Shown here in pieces: positions 19,901-28,722 of a stretch of 64,000 nucleotides of DNA. Below the pieces are notes generated by a model. It had not been told where the DNA came from, did no database searches, and saw nothing but the letters and a program-made list of their open reading frames with translations. Position numbers and translations under genes: made by a program. Positions within the stretch are counted from its first letter, which is position 1. The number at the start of each line of letters is the position of its first letter. Where the stretch lies: the NCBI GenBank assembly GCA_947594025.1, contig CANQDZ010000003.1, forward strand, positions 250-64,249. The letters run 5' to 3'. Origin of the DNA: Candidatus Gastranaerophilales bacterium. GTDB taxonomy: Bacteria; Cyanobacteriota; Vampirovibrionia; Gastranaerophilales; Gastranaerophilaceae.

Positions 19901-20057
19901 GGCTGTGTGCAAGTCTGGATAAATTTAAAAAAAGCTCGTCATTTTGGTTATCTTCAGACAGTGCGCCTATACAGCCGTTTATAGACTGGATGATTTCGGA
20001 ACTTTCCTGTTGAAAAATATTCAAGACATTATTGAGCTCATCATCAAAAAATTCCAA
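16995..20057 (-). CDS. cheA: hybrid chemotaxis histidine kinase CheA with C-terminal receiver domain
   Basis: 1020 aa, TTG start. HPt 'RLAHSLKGSARMMGF'. HATPase 'HILRNSVDHGIE...DDGRGLD...GRGLGLDIV'. CheW-like P5 domain. REC 'ILVTDDS...ITDYDMPKMSG...'. Confidence 0.9.
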   Translation of the reverse strand: MEFFDDELNNVLNIFQQESSEIIQSINGCIGALSEDNQNDELFLNLSRLAHSLKGSARMMGFNNIQSLAHKMEDVIGCLKEKKIQPTNNVLNLLSQTVEYISFLINKTVENKQEYYTDELNTYISGLQSVIENNKELPKDENAENKTFIQIKALVTELVLYYLKYKNDGDLNCIHDFRIKLIELKNVLRANNFEDEITSLNNTLGVICRNEANFKNQVQFDGKLLEFLEAIKELFSKNNAEAIDFLETAKKQFDELNQPKKEEETVKNPEIKKIRSDINQEVLLLLKELNNDIDEIKSNPDYLNEFNTKLDKIIKETKFFEIKKLAKSVKRVMGVCVSKNIFPQNNIDILKQLITDSTDIAEDANASCHDFKLIEDRVNILEESFENDFIHSQKTYIEKKEKEPKAQTFKGNDWLNSIDNREIKTLRVDSSKLDKLANQVNELIMYRIKNTEHIALFRKLQNDFEEWSKSWHKIGYYLKYYEKRYLSGSNISLDIQSVIMHNKQLISLYEMHSEGCSKMLDLIYIISKQLQEEDSKLVSLSNELEAMSKTLRILPLATIFHLFPRMVQNIASDWNKQIDFVIEGSEVSADKKILEEIKMPLIHILRNSVDHGIETPEERIKKGKSPIGKIGIKAWVEGNKIFIDIKDDGRGLDIEKIRSVAVKKGLIKDNQKEYTTEDIIDFIFYPGFSTEENITELSGRGLGLDIVKEKVSELDGKINIFSKFNEGTCIRIELPIQMSTINVFVIRENKEYYAIDTSYINIVTRISSSDIYAQDGQSYFVHNKKIIPIFSLSQILGIEKSKHETEKNTVMILKYEGNNIAIAVDKLIGDQEIIQKKLFSPFLNVKSVSGVTTLANGETCLVLNIKDIFSYLSKKLLLNISTQGKLLEETRKAKCKILVTDDSLTTRALEQSILKSHGYNVTTACDGLEALEKLKNEHFDILITDYDMPKMSGIELTRVIRDKEKNDIPIIVLTSYEKSFLEEQFSLYNVKAYIQKNQFNQDVLINIINEIMLDNDTKNN

Positions 20058-20059
20058 GA

Positions 20060-21115
20060 TTATTCCTCATCAATAAATGTTCTGTATGTATTTGCAAGAT
20101 TGTTTAAGGATTCAATGTTTTTGTAATTTTCATCGAATGTTTTGCCGTAATTATCAAAAATTACATCAAGCTCGTTTGTATAAGATTCAAGATTTGTTCT
20201 GTCTTGTTCAACTTTTTGCCAATTTTGCATTATTGATGAGATATTGTTTGATATCTCGCTCGTAAAACCTATAAGCTGTTCAACGCTTTCACCTATATTA
20301 TTTGCAAGGTTTAAACCTGTTTCAATTTCTTTTGTTCCTTCTTCTGTTGCCATAACGGTTGAATTTGTTGTTTGCTGAATATCTGCAACTAAAGATGTGA
20401 TTTTAGCCGTTGCTTTTTTAGATTCATCCGCAAGTTTTCTGATTTCACCTGCAACAACCGCAAAACCTTTACCGTGTTCACCTGCACGCGCAGCTTCAAC
20501 TGCTGCATTTAAGGCAAGCAGGTTTGTTTGTTCTGAAATATCATCAACTATATCAATCATTGAAGATATTGATTGAATAAATTCTGAAAGCTCTAAGATA
20601 TGTTCTGCAATTGTTTGGATTTTACGTCTTAGGGCAAACATTTTATCAATGTTAGCTTTTACCGCTAAATTTTCAGTATTCGCAAAGTCAAGGGATTGTT
20701 CAGTTTTACTTTTTGTAGATACCATAAGTTCGTTAAGAAACTCAAAGCTTTCTTTTAAGTGGTCTAAAAGACCTTTGACATTTGTAAGTTTTAAAACGGA
20801 TGTGTTAACATTATCTTTTTGAGCGCTTATGACATTTTCAATGCTCTTTGTGCCTTCCGACGTTTCTTGCATAATTTCATCCACCGTTTTTTGGATTGAA
20901 TTTCTTACAAGTCTTCTGGTGCTTTCGAGAATGACCGCAAGAATAATAAAAATAAGGATAAATATTATCGCCATAATGATATCCGATAATTGAGTACGGC
21001 GGGTAATAAAATATGTTATAACAAGCACAAAAACAATGAACGCATAGTCAATTGCCTGTTTTTTGTTCAAAGTTTTATACATTAATATATTTTTGTCATT
21101 TTTACCTGCTGCCAT
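20060..21115 (-). CDS. methyl-accepting chemotaxis protein (no obvious ligand-binding domain)
   Basis: 351 aa. Two closely spaced N-terminal TM helices. Signalling hairpin '[34 protein letters not shown]'. Confidence 0.9.
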   Translation of the reverse strand: MAAGKNDKNILMYKTLNKKQAIDYAFIVFVLVITYFITRRTQLSDIIMAIIFILIFIILAVILESTRRLVRNSIQKTVDEIMQETSEGTKSIENVISAQKDNVNTSVLKLTNVKGLLDHLKESFEFLNELMVSTKSKTEQSLDFANTENLAVKANIDKMFALRRKIQTIAEHILELSEFIQSISSMIDIVDDISEQTNLLALNAAVEAARAGEHGKGFAVVAGEIRKLADESKKATAKITSLVADIQQTTNSTVMATEEGTKEIETGLNLANNIGESVEQLIGFTSEISNNISSIMQNWQKVEQDRTNLESYTNELDVIFDNYGKTFDENYKNIESLNNLANTYRTFIDEE

Positions 21116-21173
21116 ATTTCCTCATTTCTTAAAATAGTGTATAATTATACCAAAATTATTATATAAAATTTTT

Positions 21174-22199
21174 TTGATAAAGGCAAAAAAAACTTTTAAA
21201 ATAGATATTATGAACGATATAATTCTAAATTCAAAGAATAAAACATATCTTTTTATTCAAACAAATAACAATCAGTATATGATTGATTCCGAATATGTAA
21301 AAAAAATAATTTTCATTCAAAATCTTGAACGCCCCAATGTTTTGCCTAAACATGTCATAGGTTTGTTAGAATATGAAGATGAATTTATAAATGTATTGGA
21401 TTTAAAAAGTCTTTTGGGACTTGATGTTACACCATATCCATTAAACAGCAAGATTATTATTATGGATTATAATGGTTTAAAATTTGCCCTTATTGCAGAA
21501 AATGTATCAGATATAAAAAGGATAAAAGCAAGCCTAATCAAAGATGCGCCTTATAATAATTCTGAAATTATACAGCAAATTTATTCACCCAAAAATGAAC
21601 TAAGCACAACGATTATAAGCTTGAGTTCAATCTATGGCATATTAAAAAAATCATTGGATGAAGAAATATTTGTTGAAAACAGAGCAAATATTTTACCTGA
21701 AAATGAAAACGCTCTTGTGGTTTTAAAGGAAAGGAGCCTTAACACAAAACAAAAAGAAGAAGATAAAAACTATCTTCCGATAAGCTCCGATAACCAATAT
21801 ACAACCTTTAAGATTGATAGAGCCGTTTATTGTATTAAAAACACACACATAAAAGAGTTTTTTAAATTAAATAAAACAAAAATCACTCCCGTTCCTTCAA
21901 CGCCGGATTTTATAAAAGGAATACTCAATATAAAAGGCGATTTTATATGTGTTTTAGATATTCAAAAATATTTTAACAGAGGTGAAGTTCTAATCGGGGA
22001 TAAATCTAACGTTATTGTGCTTACCTCGGATAAAGCAAAAATAGGAATTCTCACAAACGGTATAAGCAAAAATATAACCCTTAATGACAATGTCGGTGAA
22101 ACCTTAAATGATTATACGGACATTGTTCAAGATGATGAAGTTTATTGCGTTTTAAATATTGAAAATATTTTAAACAATGAAAAACTTTATGTAAAATAA
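21174..22199 (+). CDS. cheW: tandem CheW-domain coupling protein
   Basis: 341 aa with two CheW-like blocks ('TYLFIQTNNNQYMIDSEYVKKI...HVIGLLEYEDEFINVLDL' and 'QYTTFKIDRAVYCIKNTHIKE...FIKGILNIKGDFICVLDI'). The start is uncertain: TTG 21174 or ATG 21210. Confidence 0.8.
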   Translation: MIKAKKTFKIDIMNDIILNSKNKTYLFIQTNNNQYMIDSEYVKKIIFIQNLERPNVLPKHVIGLLEYEDEFINVLDLKSLLGLDVTPYPLNSKIIIMDYNGLKFALIAENVSDIKRIKASLIKDAPYNNSEIIQQIYSPKNELSTTIISLSSIYGILKKSLDEEIFVENRANILPENENALVVLKERSLNTKQKEEDKNYLPISSDNQYTTFKIDRAVYCIKNTHIKEFFKLNKTKITPVPSTPDFIKGILNIKGDFICVLDIQKYFNRGEVLIGDKSNVIVLTSDKAKIGILTNGISKNITLNDNVGETLNDYTDIVQDDEVYCVLNIENILNNEKLYVK

Positions 22200-22321
22200 G
22201 CTTTTCTTTATTAAATTTTTTATTAAATAAATCATATAAATACATCATTTATATGACTAAAAATTTTGCAAAATTCCCTATAATTTAAGTGTGAGGAAGT
22301 ATTAACCTCGGGGAGAAGAAT

Positions 22322-23674
22322 TTGTATAACACAACGATAAATCCTATTAATATTGTTTATCGTAAGCCTCCAAAATCGGATGAGGCAAAAAATTCTCATG
22401 CTCAAAAAGAGCAAGAACAAAGCACATTAGAAAGTAATAGGAGAGAAAGTGTTTATACTGAGATTAGCCCGCGTCCTCAAAGCGCTCACATTGATTTTTC
22501 AAAAGTCAACAACACCGTAAATATCGCACAGATTATTACAGACTTTAGAAATACAAACATTGCAATCAACGCACCTAAAGAAATCCAAGAAGAAGTTGAT
22601 ATGTATTTAGCGCTTGTTGAAAAAGAATCTCTCAAAGAAAATCCCCAAAGAAGCATTATTTTATCTAACTTAAAAAATGCATCAAGAATATCCGATAAAT
22701 ACATAACAGATGCTCTTAAAAAACCTTCAAACGTTGTTGAAGGCTGGATAGACGCTTTATTTGCTCAAAATGTTGTTTTAAAATCTGACCCGACTCAGAT
22801 AAATGAAGTTTTCCAAATTAAATTTCAAGATAAAAACACCAAAACAACAACGGAAAAAGAAGAAGAACCCGTCAAACAAGAAGAAGTTCAAAAGGTAAAA
22901 GAACAGCCTTCACCTTTCAAAAAAAGCAGTGATTACTATCTAAATGCAACGGATGAATTGAAACAAACTTTCGGCAAGGCAAAAAAATTCGCAAAAAATA
23001 GTCCGGCAGATGCACTAAAACAATATGATGAAGCATTAAAAATTGCAAGCAGTGATAATAACCAAGCATTTTTAGGTGCAATACATTTTGAAAAAGCCAG
23101 AATTTTTGACCAATATGATTACATTCCAAACGCACTTGATGAATACAATAAAGCCACTTTATCACCTGATGATAATTTAAAAAGCAGGGCTCATCTTAAT
23201 ATGGCAAAAATTTACGATGAATATGTAAAATACGAGCCTGCGCTTAACCATTATCATCAAGCTATTGCATATTTTGGTGAAGCAAATAATCCAAAAGGAC
23301 AAACAATTGCAGTTAAAAATTTAAGCGGAATGTTTGCGCAAAAATATGATAAAAAAAATACCGAAATATTTAACAGACTTTCAATTGACAGCGCAAAAGA
23401 ATGCAATGATAATAAAACTCTTGCGGATGCCTTAAGCGATGCTGCAAAAAATTATGAATACATCGGCGAAAATAAAAAAGCGCTTCAACATTACAGAGAA
23501 GCCGCAAAAACGTACAGTGCGGATGAAGAATCAATCCAAGAAGTCGCACAAAACTATCTTGACGCTTCAAAATTAATGAGAAAACTCGGCAATTATGCTA
23601 AAGCAGACTCTCTTTTAGAGAAAGCTCATCAATATTATGCACTAATTCCACAAGCGCAAAATCAACCGGCATAA
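22322..23674 (+). CDS. TPR-repeat protein with uncharacterised N-terminal half
   Basis: 450 aa. TTG start 6 nt after GGGGAG. The C-terminal ~230 aa is TPR-like (e.g. 'AHLNMAKIYDEYVKYEPALNHYHQAIAYF'). Confidence 0.7.
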   Translation: MYNTTINPINIVYRKPPKSDEAKNSHAQKEQEQSTLESNRRESVYTEISPRPQSAHIDFSKVNNTVNIAQIITDFRNTNIAINAPKEIQEEVDMYLALVEKESLKENPQRSIILSNLKNASRISDKYITDALKKPSNVVEGWIDALFAQNVVLKSDPTQINEVFQIKFQDKNTKTTTEKEEEPVKQEEVQKVKEQPSPFKKSSDYYLNATDELKQTFGKAKKFAKNSPADALKQYDEALKIASSDNNQAFLGAIHFEKARIFDQYDYIPNALDEYNKATLSPDDNLKSRAHLNMAKIYDEYVKYEPALNHYHQAIAYFGEANNPKGQTIAVKNLSGMFAQKYDKKNTEIFNRLSIDSAKECNDNKTLADALSDAAKNYEYIGENKKALQHYREAAKTYSADEESIQEVAQNYLDASKLMRKLGNYAKADSLLEKAHQYYALIPQAQNQPA

Positions 23675-24644
23675 CAAAATTTAATTTGCCGTATTTAACC
23701 TTTTTGTCGCTGTATAATGCCTTTATAACTTCATCGTAATTATATTTTTTATCAAGTTGAAGTTGAAGATTAAATTTTGACAGAAATTCAATTGATTTTT
23801 TGTAATAGTCCTCTTTTATGTATCCTTTAATAAAAGCCAATTTCAATATACATTTCATTCCGATTGCAACCGCTTCACCGTGAGTGTAAACCGTATAATT
23901 TGTAATCTTTTCTATTGCATGGGCAAAAGTGTGCCCGAAGTTTAAAACAGCTCTTAATCCGCCCTCTTTTTCGTCTTTTTCAACAACTTTTGCTTTCATT
24001 AAACAGCATTTATAAATAATTTCTTCAAAACTGTCTTCCAAATTGCAATTTGAAAGGTAATCAAAAAATGTTTCACCCTCTTTGTCAATACAATTTCTTT
24101 CTATAAATGCGTATTTCAAAACCTCGGAAAGTCCTGTTTTAATTTGCCTTTCAGGAAGTGTTTTTAAGGTATTAGGATCAATTATTACTTTTTTTGGCTG
24201 ATAAAATGTGCCGACTAAATTTTTTCCAAATTTAGTATCAATTGCCGTTTTTCCACCGACCGATGAGTCAACTTGCGCTAAAAGTGTCGTTGGAATTTGG
24301 ATTAAATCAACTCCGCGAAGGCAAGTTGAAGCTGTAAAACCCGCCACATCGCCAACTACACCGCCGCCAAGTGCTATGATTAAATCCGTTCTTTGAATAC
24401 CTGAGCTTAAAAGTTTTTCTAAAAGAGCTTTGTAGGTATCAAAATTTTTATATTCTTCCCCGTCCCCCATTAAAAAAACGTTATAGCCGTCAAAATATTT
24501 GCCATAAATATCAAAAACTGTTTTGTTGCTTATTACAAATACATTTTTATTAGGGTCAATGTAATTTTTGACATCTTTTAAAATGTCATTTTGTATGATA
24601 ATTTCATAGCTTCTTTCTTTTAAATCAACCGTTAATTTTTTCAT
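23598..24644 (-). CDS. aroB: 3-dehydroquinate synthase
   Basis: 348 aa. Motifs 'GGGVVGDVAGF', 'VDSSVGGKT', 'LNFGHTFAHA' and 'HGEAVAIG'. Confidence 0.92.
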   Translation of the reverse strand: MKKLTVDLKERSYEIIIQNDILKDVKNYIDPNKNVFVISNKTVFDIYGKYFDGYNVFLMGDGEEYKNFDTYKALLEKLLSSGIQRTDLIIALGGGVVGDVAGFTASTCLRGVDLIQIPTTLLAQVDSSVGGKTAIDTKFGKNLVGTFYQPKKVIIDPNTLKTLPERQIKTGLSEVLKYAFIERNCIDKEGETFFDYLSNCNLEDSFEEIIYKCCLMKAKVVEKDEKEGGLRAVLNFGHTFAHAIEKITNYTVYTHGEAVAIGMKCILKLAFIKGYIKEDYYKKSIEFLSKFNLQLQLDKKYNYDEVIKALYSDKKVKYGKLNFVMPVDFALVELVHNIDELSLKESLL

Positions 24645-25131
24645 TTATTTCCTTTATTATTTCTTCAATACTTTTATTTTCAGTTTCTATTATAATATCT
24701 GCAAGCTCATAGTTTGCTTTTCTTTGTTTAAATATATTTTCAAGCTCTAAAAGCGGATTTGCGCATTTTAAAAGAGGTCTTTCATCGTTATTTTTAATGC
24801 GTTCATATATTACTTTTACAGGTGCTTTTAAATAGATAACTTTGCCGATTTTTTTAAGATTATCAATATTTTCTTTATCTTTTACAATCCCTCCGCCCGT
24901 TGAAATTATAAAATTATTGCAATCCATAAATCTTTGGATTGTAACTTTTTCCATTTGTCTGAAATATTTTTCCCCTTTTTGGGCAAAAATTTCACTTACG
25001 GACATTTTTTCCTGTTTCGCGATTTCTTTGTCGAAATCTGCAAAATTCATTGCCCAAAGATTAGCCAAATATCTTCCGACCGTTGTTTTTCCTGCCCCCA
25101 TAAGACCGATAAAAACAATGTTATTTTTCAT
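24625..25131 (-). CDS. aroK: shikimate kinase
   Basis: 168 aa. Walker A 'GLMGAGKTTVGR' and 'STGGG'. Confidence 0.9.
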   Translation of the reverse strand: MKNNIVFIGLMGAGKTTVGRYLANLWAMNFADFDKEIAKQEKMSVSEIFAQKGEKYFRQMEKVTIQRFMDCNNFIISTGGGIVKDKENIDNLKKIGKVIYLKAPVKVIYERIKNNDERPLLKCANPLLELENIFKQRKANYELADIIIETENKSIEEIIKEINEKING

Positions 25132-26167
25132 AATTTGCCTTTATTTGTTCAAAATTATCAGAGCCGTATCTTTTTTGAAATTCGCTAAATAATACAATTG
25201 CAATCATATTTAAAGCGACAATTGAACATGCTTCAACCGCTGAAACATCAGAACGTTCAAAATGCGCGTCATGTTCTTTTTTTGTTTCAATATTCACTGA
25301 TTTTAAAGGTGTTTTCATTGTAGGAATTGGTTTCATATAACCTCTGACTACAAGTTCTTCACCATTTGTCATGCCGCCTTCAAGACCGCCTGCATTATTG
25401 GTTTTTCTTGTATATTTATCATTTTCGTAAAATATTTCATCATGAAAATCTAAACCGTATGCTTCAGACGCTTTTATACCCTCACCGATTTCAACGGCTT
25501 TAACTGCGGGAATACTCATCACGGCTTGAGCAATAATACCGTCAAGTCTTCTGTCCCATTGGGTGTGAGAACCAAGCCCGACGGGCAGATTTTTAAATCT
25601 TATTTCAAAAACTCCGCCAAGTGTTGTTCCTTTTTCTTTTGCGCTGTCAATTTTATCTTTTATATCATCTCCGACTGCTCCGCCAACGGATAAAACCTTT
25701 GTAGAGCCTGTTATATTAAATTTTGACAAGAAATTTTGCGCCAGAGCACCTGCTGCAACACGTGCCGCAGTTTCCCTTGCGGATGACCTTTCTAAAATAT
25801 TTCTTATGTCTTGTTGATTGTATTTTATGGCACCTGCAAGGTCAGCGTGACCCGGTCTTGGGACAAGAATTTTTTCAAATTCTTTATCAGTTGGAGAGGA
25901 TGACATTCTTTCAGTCCAATTTTCAAAATCTTTATTTTTTATTTCAAGACAAATGGGGCTTCCTAAAGTTTTGCCAAATCTGATACCTGATTTAACTTCG
26001 ACTTTATCGGTTTCGATAAGCATTCTGCCGCCTCTGCCATATCCTTGTTGTCTTTTGGCAAGCTCATCGTTTATAAAATCAATATCTGCTTCAAAATTAG
26101 CAGGTACGTCATCAATAATTACGGTTAAACATTTTCCATGGCTTTCACCTGCGGTTAAAAATCTCAT
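25121..26167 (-). CDS. aroC: chorismate synthase
   Basis: 348 aa. Motifs 'GESHG', 'RPGHAD', 'ERSSARETAARVAAG' and 'RSDVSAV'. Confidence 0.95.
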   Translation of the reverse strand: MRFLTAGESHGKCLTVIIDDVPANFEADIDFINDELAKRQQGYGRGGRMLIETDKVEVKSGIRFGKTLGSPICLEIKNKDFENWTERMSSSPTDKEFEKILVPRPGHADLAGAIKYNQQDIRNILERSSARETAARVAAGALAQNFLSKFNITGSTKVLSVGGAVGDDIKDKIDSAKEKGTTLGGVFEIRFKNLPVGLGSHTQWDRRLDGIIAQAVMSIPAVKAVEIGEGIKASEAYGLDFHDEIFYENDKYTRKTNNAGGLEGGMTNGEELVVRGYMKPIPTMKTPLKSVNIETKKEHDAHFERSDVSAVEACSIVALNMIAIVLFSEFQKRYGSDNFEQIKANYEK

Positions 26168-26176
26168 TCCAACTCC

Positions 26177-26914
26177 TTATACGTATGTCCATGGGACATG
26201 TTCTGCTGCTATAATAACTTCTGCACCCGATTTTGCAATTAAACCTTGCAGCGTTGGTAAAATTGGTCTTTCGCTTTCAAAATGACCAACGTCTAAAACT
26301 GCAAAATTTTGAGCTTCTATTGCGCTATGGAATTTAACATCCCCCGTTATAAAGATGTCAACGTCATAATTTGCTATCTTCTTAACCGAACTTCCACCGG
26401 CACCTGCAAGAATTGCCACTTTTTTAACACTTTCAATTCCTGAAGGATTAATGAGTTTTAATCTTTGACATCCAAGTGATGATTTAACTTGTTCAACAAA
26501 TTCATCAAGTCCTATTTCATCTTTAAGATGTGCCATTTTTATATATTCATCAAGAGATACAAGGTTTTTAAGCCCTAAAACACCGGCTAAAACATCGGTT
26601 GTCGAGCCGTAAGTTTTATCTAAATTCGTATGTGCGCTATATACACAAATATTATGCTTAATTGCTTGAATTATAAGGTTATTTTCAATTCTTTTAAGCT
26701 TGTCAAAAATCAGAGGATGATGAGTTACAACCAAATCGCAGTCATTTGTAATTGCTTGTTCTAAAACTTCTTGTGTAAAACTTAAGGCAACAATTACCTT
26801 ATTTGTATAATCATGATGAAGATTTATCTGCCAGCCTGAATTATCCCAATCTTCCGCCAAATCAAGAGAGGCATAATTTTCAATCATAGAAATGACATTT
26901 TCAGTTTTAATCAT
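26177..26914 (-). CDS. Nif3-like dinuclear metal centre protein
   Basis: 245 aa. Motifs 'THHPLIF', 'YSAHTNLD' and 'TGDVKFH'. Confidence 0.85.
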   Translation of the reverse strand: MIKTENVISMIENYASLDLAEDWDNSGWQINLHHDYTNKVIVALSFTQEVLEQAITNDCDLVVTHHPLIFDKLKRIENNLIIQAIKHNICVYSAHTNLDKTYGSTTDVLAGVLGLKNLVSLDEYIKMAHLKDEIGLDEFVEQVKSSLGCQRLKLINPSGIESVKKVAILAGAGGSSVKKIANYDVDIFITGDVKFHSAIEAQNFAVLDVGHFESERPILPTLQGLIAKSGAEVIIAAEHVPWTYV

Positions 26915-28106
26915 AAATCAACTCCAAAATTTTCTTTGCAATGTTTGTCTTTGAATTTTTGTCTATTTTCTTTATTTCAAGATTTTTGTCTATTATCCAA
27001 ACTTCGTTTTCGTCTGTTCCCAGCGCGGTTTTTGCTTCATTTGCAATGATATAATCGCACTTTTTCTTTTGAATTTTTTCACTCGCCTTTTGGATTAAAT
27101 CCTCAGTTCCCAAACAAAAACCGATTACTGTTTGGCGCTTTTTTTTATTTTTGCAAATTTCTTGCAAAATATCAGGATTTTTCACGAATTCAAGCGTTAG
27201 ATTTTCGTCCTTGCTTGAAATCTTGTTATTATTATATTCTTTTATTCTGTAATCTGCAACAGCAGATGCCATAATTAAACAATCGCAATTATTAAAGTCT
27301 TTATCAAGTTCTTCTTTTAATTCAAGTGCTGTTTGAACTTTTGTTACTTTATAATTTTTATCTGTGTCGAATGTACAAATCAAATGAACGTCAGCCCCTA
27401 AGTTATATGCTGTATCCGCAAGTGCAAGCCCCATTTTACCCGATGAAAAATTGGAGATAAATCTCACGGGGTCAATTTTTTCTTTTGTACCGCCTGCCGT
27501 TATTATTATTTTTTTATCTTTTAAAGGCTTATTTTTATCAAGAATTTCTTTTGTTTTTTCAAATATGGTTTTAGGTTCCGTAAGTCTGCCTTTGCCGTTA
27601 TCTCCGCATGCCAGATATCCGCAGTCAGGTTCTATTATGGTGCATCTTTCACTAAGTTTTTTTATATTTTCTTGCAGATACTTATTGTTCCACATATTAA
27701 CATTCATCGACGGTGCAATAATGACCGGAGTTTTAGTTCCTAAAATTGCGCAAGAAACAGATGTTAAAAGATTGTCCGCAATAGAATTTGCAATCTTTGA
27801 AATTGTATTTGCGCTAACGGGTGCCAAAACAAAAACATCCGCCCAATCTTCAAGAGAGATATGAACTGTGGTTTGCGCTTCTTTAAATTGATTAACATAA
27901 ACATCATTTTGAGTTAAAGTTTCAAGAGTTTTAATTGTTATAAACTGTAGAGCATTTTGGGTTAAAAGAGCTTTGACATTTGCACCTTCTTTTTTGAACA
28001 TACGGACAAGTTCAGCAATTTTGTATGCTGCAATACCGCCTGTTATACCTATTAATATGTTTTTATTTTTAATGCTCAAGATTTTTTTCCTTGTTATAGA
28101 TTTCAT
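26907..28106 (-). CDS. coaBC: bifunctional phosphopantothenoylcysteine decarboxylase / phosphopantothenate--cysteine ligase
   Basis: 399 aa. Motifs 'ILIGITGGIAAYK', 'APSMNVNMW', 'ITAGGTKEKIDPVRFISNFSSGKMG' and 'SAVADY'. Confidence 0.92.
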   Translation of the reverse strand: MKSITRKKILSIKNKNILIGITGGIAAYKIAELVRMFKKEGANVKALLTQNALQFITIKTLETLTQNDVYVNQFKEAQTTVHISLEDWADVFVLAPVSANTISKIANSIADNLLTSVSCAILGTKTPVIIAPSMNVNMWNNKYLQENIKKLSERCTIIEPDCGYLACGDNGKGRLTEPKTIFEKTKEILDKNKPLKDKKIIITAGGTKEKIDPVRFISNFSSGKMGLALADTAYNLGADVHLICTFDTDKNYKVTKVQTALELKEELDKDFNNCDCLIMASAVADYRIKEYNNNKISSKDENLTLEFVKNPDILQEICKNKKKRQTVIGFCLGTEDLIQKASEKIQKKKCDYIIANEAKTALGTDENEVWIIDKNLEIKKIDKNSKTNIAKKILELIYD

Positions 28107-28644
28107 TTAATTTTTCTATTGCAAGTTCTATTTTATCATTTACAACATTATATTTAAACTTACCTGCCTGTTTTATTTCATCTTTTGCAATATTTAATCT
28201 GTTTACAACCGTTTCTTTATCTTCCGTATTTCTGCCTGTAAGCCTTTTTTCAAGTTCTTCGGCACTTGGTGGAAGAATAAAAATACTCACACAATTTTTG
28301 CACTTTTGCATGACATTTAAAGCGCCTTTTACTTCAATTTCAAGCAAAATATCATGTCCTTCATTAAGTGCTTTATTTACTGTTTCAACGCTTGTGCCGT
28401 AATAGTTTTCGTTATATTTTGTCCATTCTAAAAATTTATTGTTTTTTATATCTTCTTCAAATTTTTCTTTTGAAATAAAGAAATAGCTGATACCGTTTAT
28501 TTCACCTTGACGGGGTTTTCTTGTTGTAGATGAAACGGAATATTCCAGGTTTGGATTTTGCTTTAAAAATTCAGCTAAAAGCGTTCCTTTCCCGACACCT
28601 GAAGGACCCGTAAAGACAAATAGTTTTGGAGATTTTTTTACCAT
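28069..28644 (-). CDS. gmk: guanylate kinase
   Basis: 191 aa. Motifs 'GPSGVGKGT', 'SSTTRKPRQGE' and 'YYGT'. Confidence 0.92.
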   Translation of the reverse strand: MVKKSPKLFVFTGPSGVGKGTLLAEFLKQNPNLEYSVSSTTRKPRQGEINGISYFFISKEKFEEDIKNNKFLEWTKYNENYYGTSVETVNKALNEGHDILLEIEVKGALNVMQKCKNCVSIFILPPSAEELEKRLTGRNTEDKETVVNRLNIAKDEIKQAGKFKYNVVNDKIELAIEKLNEIYNKEKNLEH

Positions 28645-28722
28645 AGAAGAATTTTATCACGTTATAAAAAAACATGAAAGAATTTTGCCAAAAAACCATT
28701 AATTTATAGTATAAATAGTTCT

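Noticed and set aside
27451-27864. 137-aa plus-strand ORF inside coaBC
   Set aside because: It is an antisense shadow ORF of a conserved gene.
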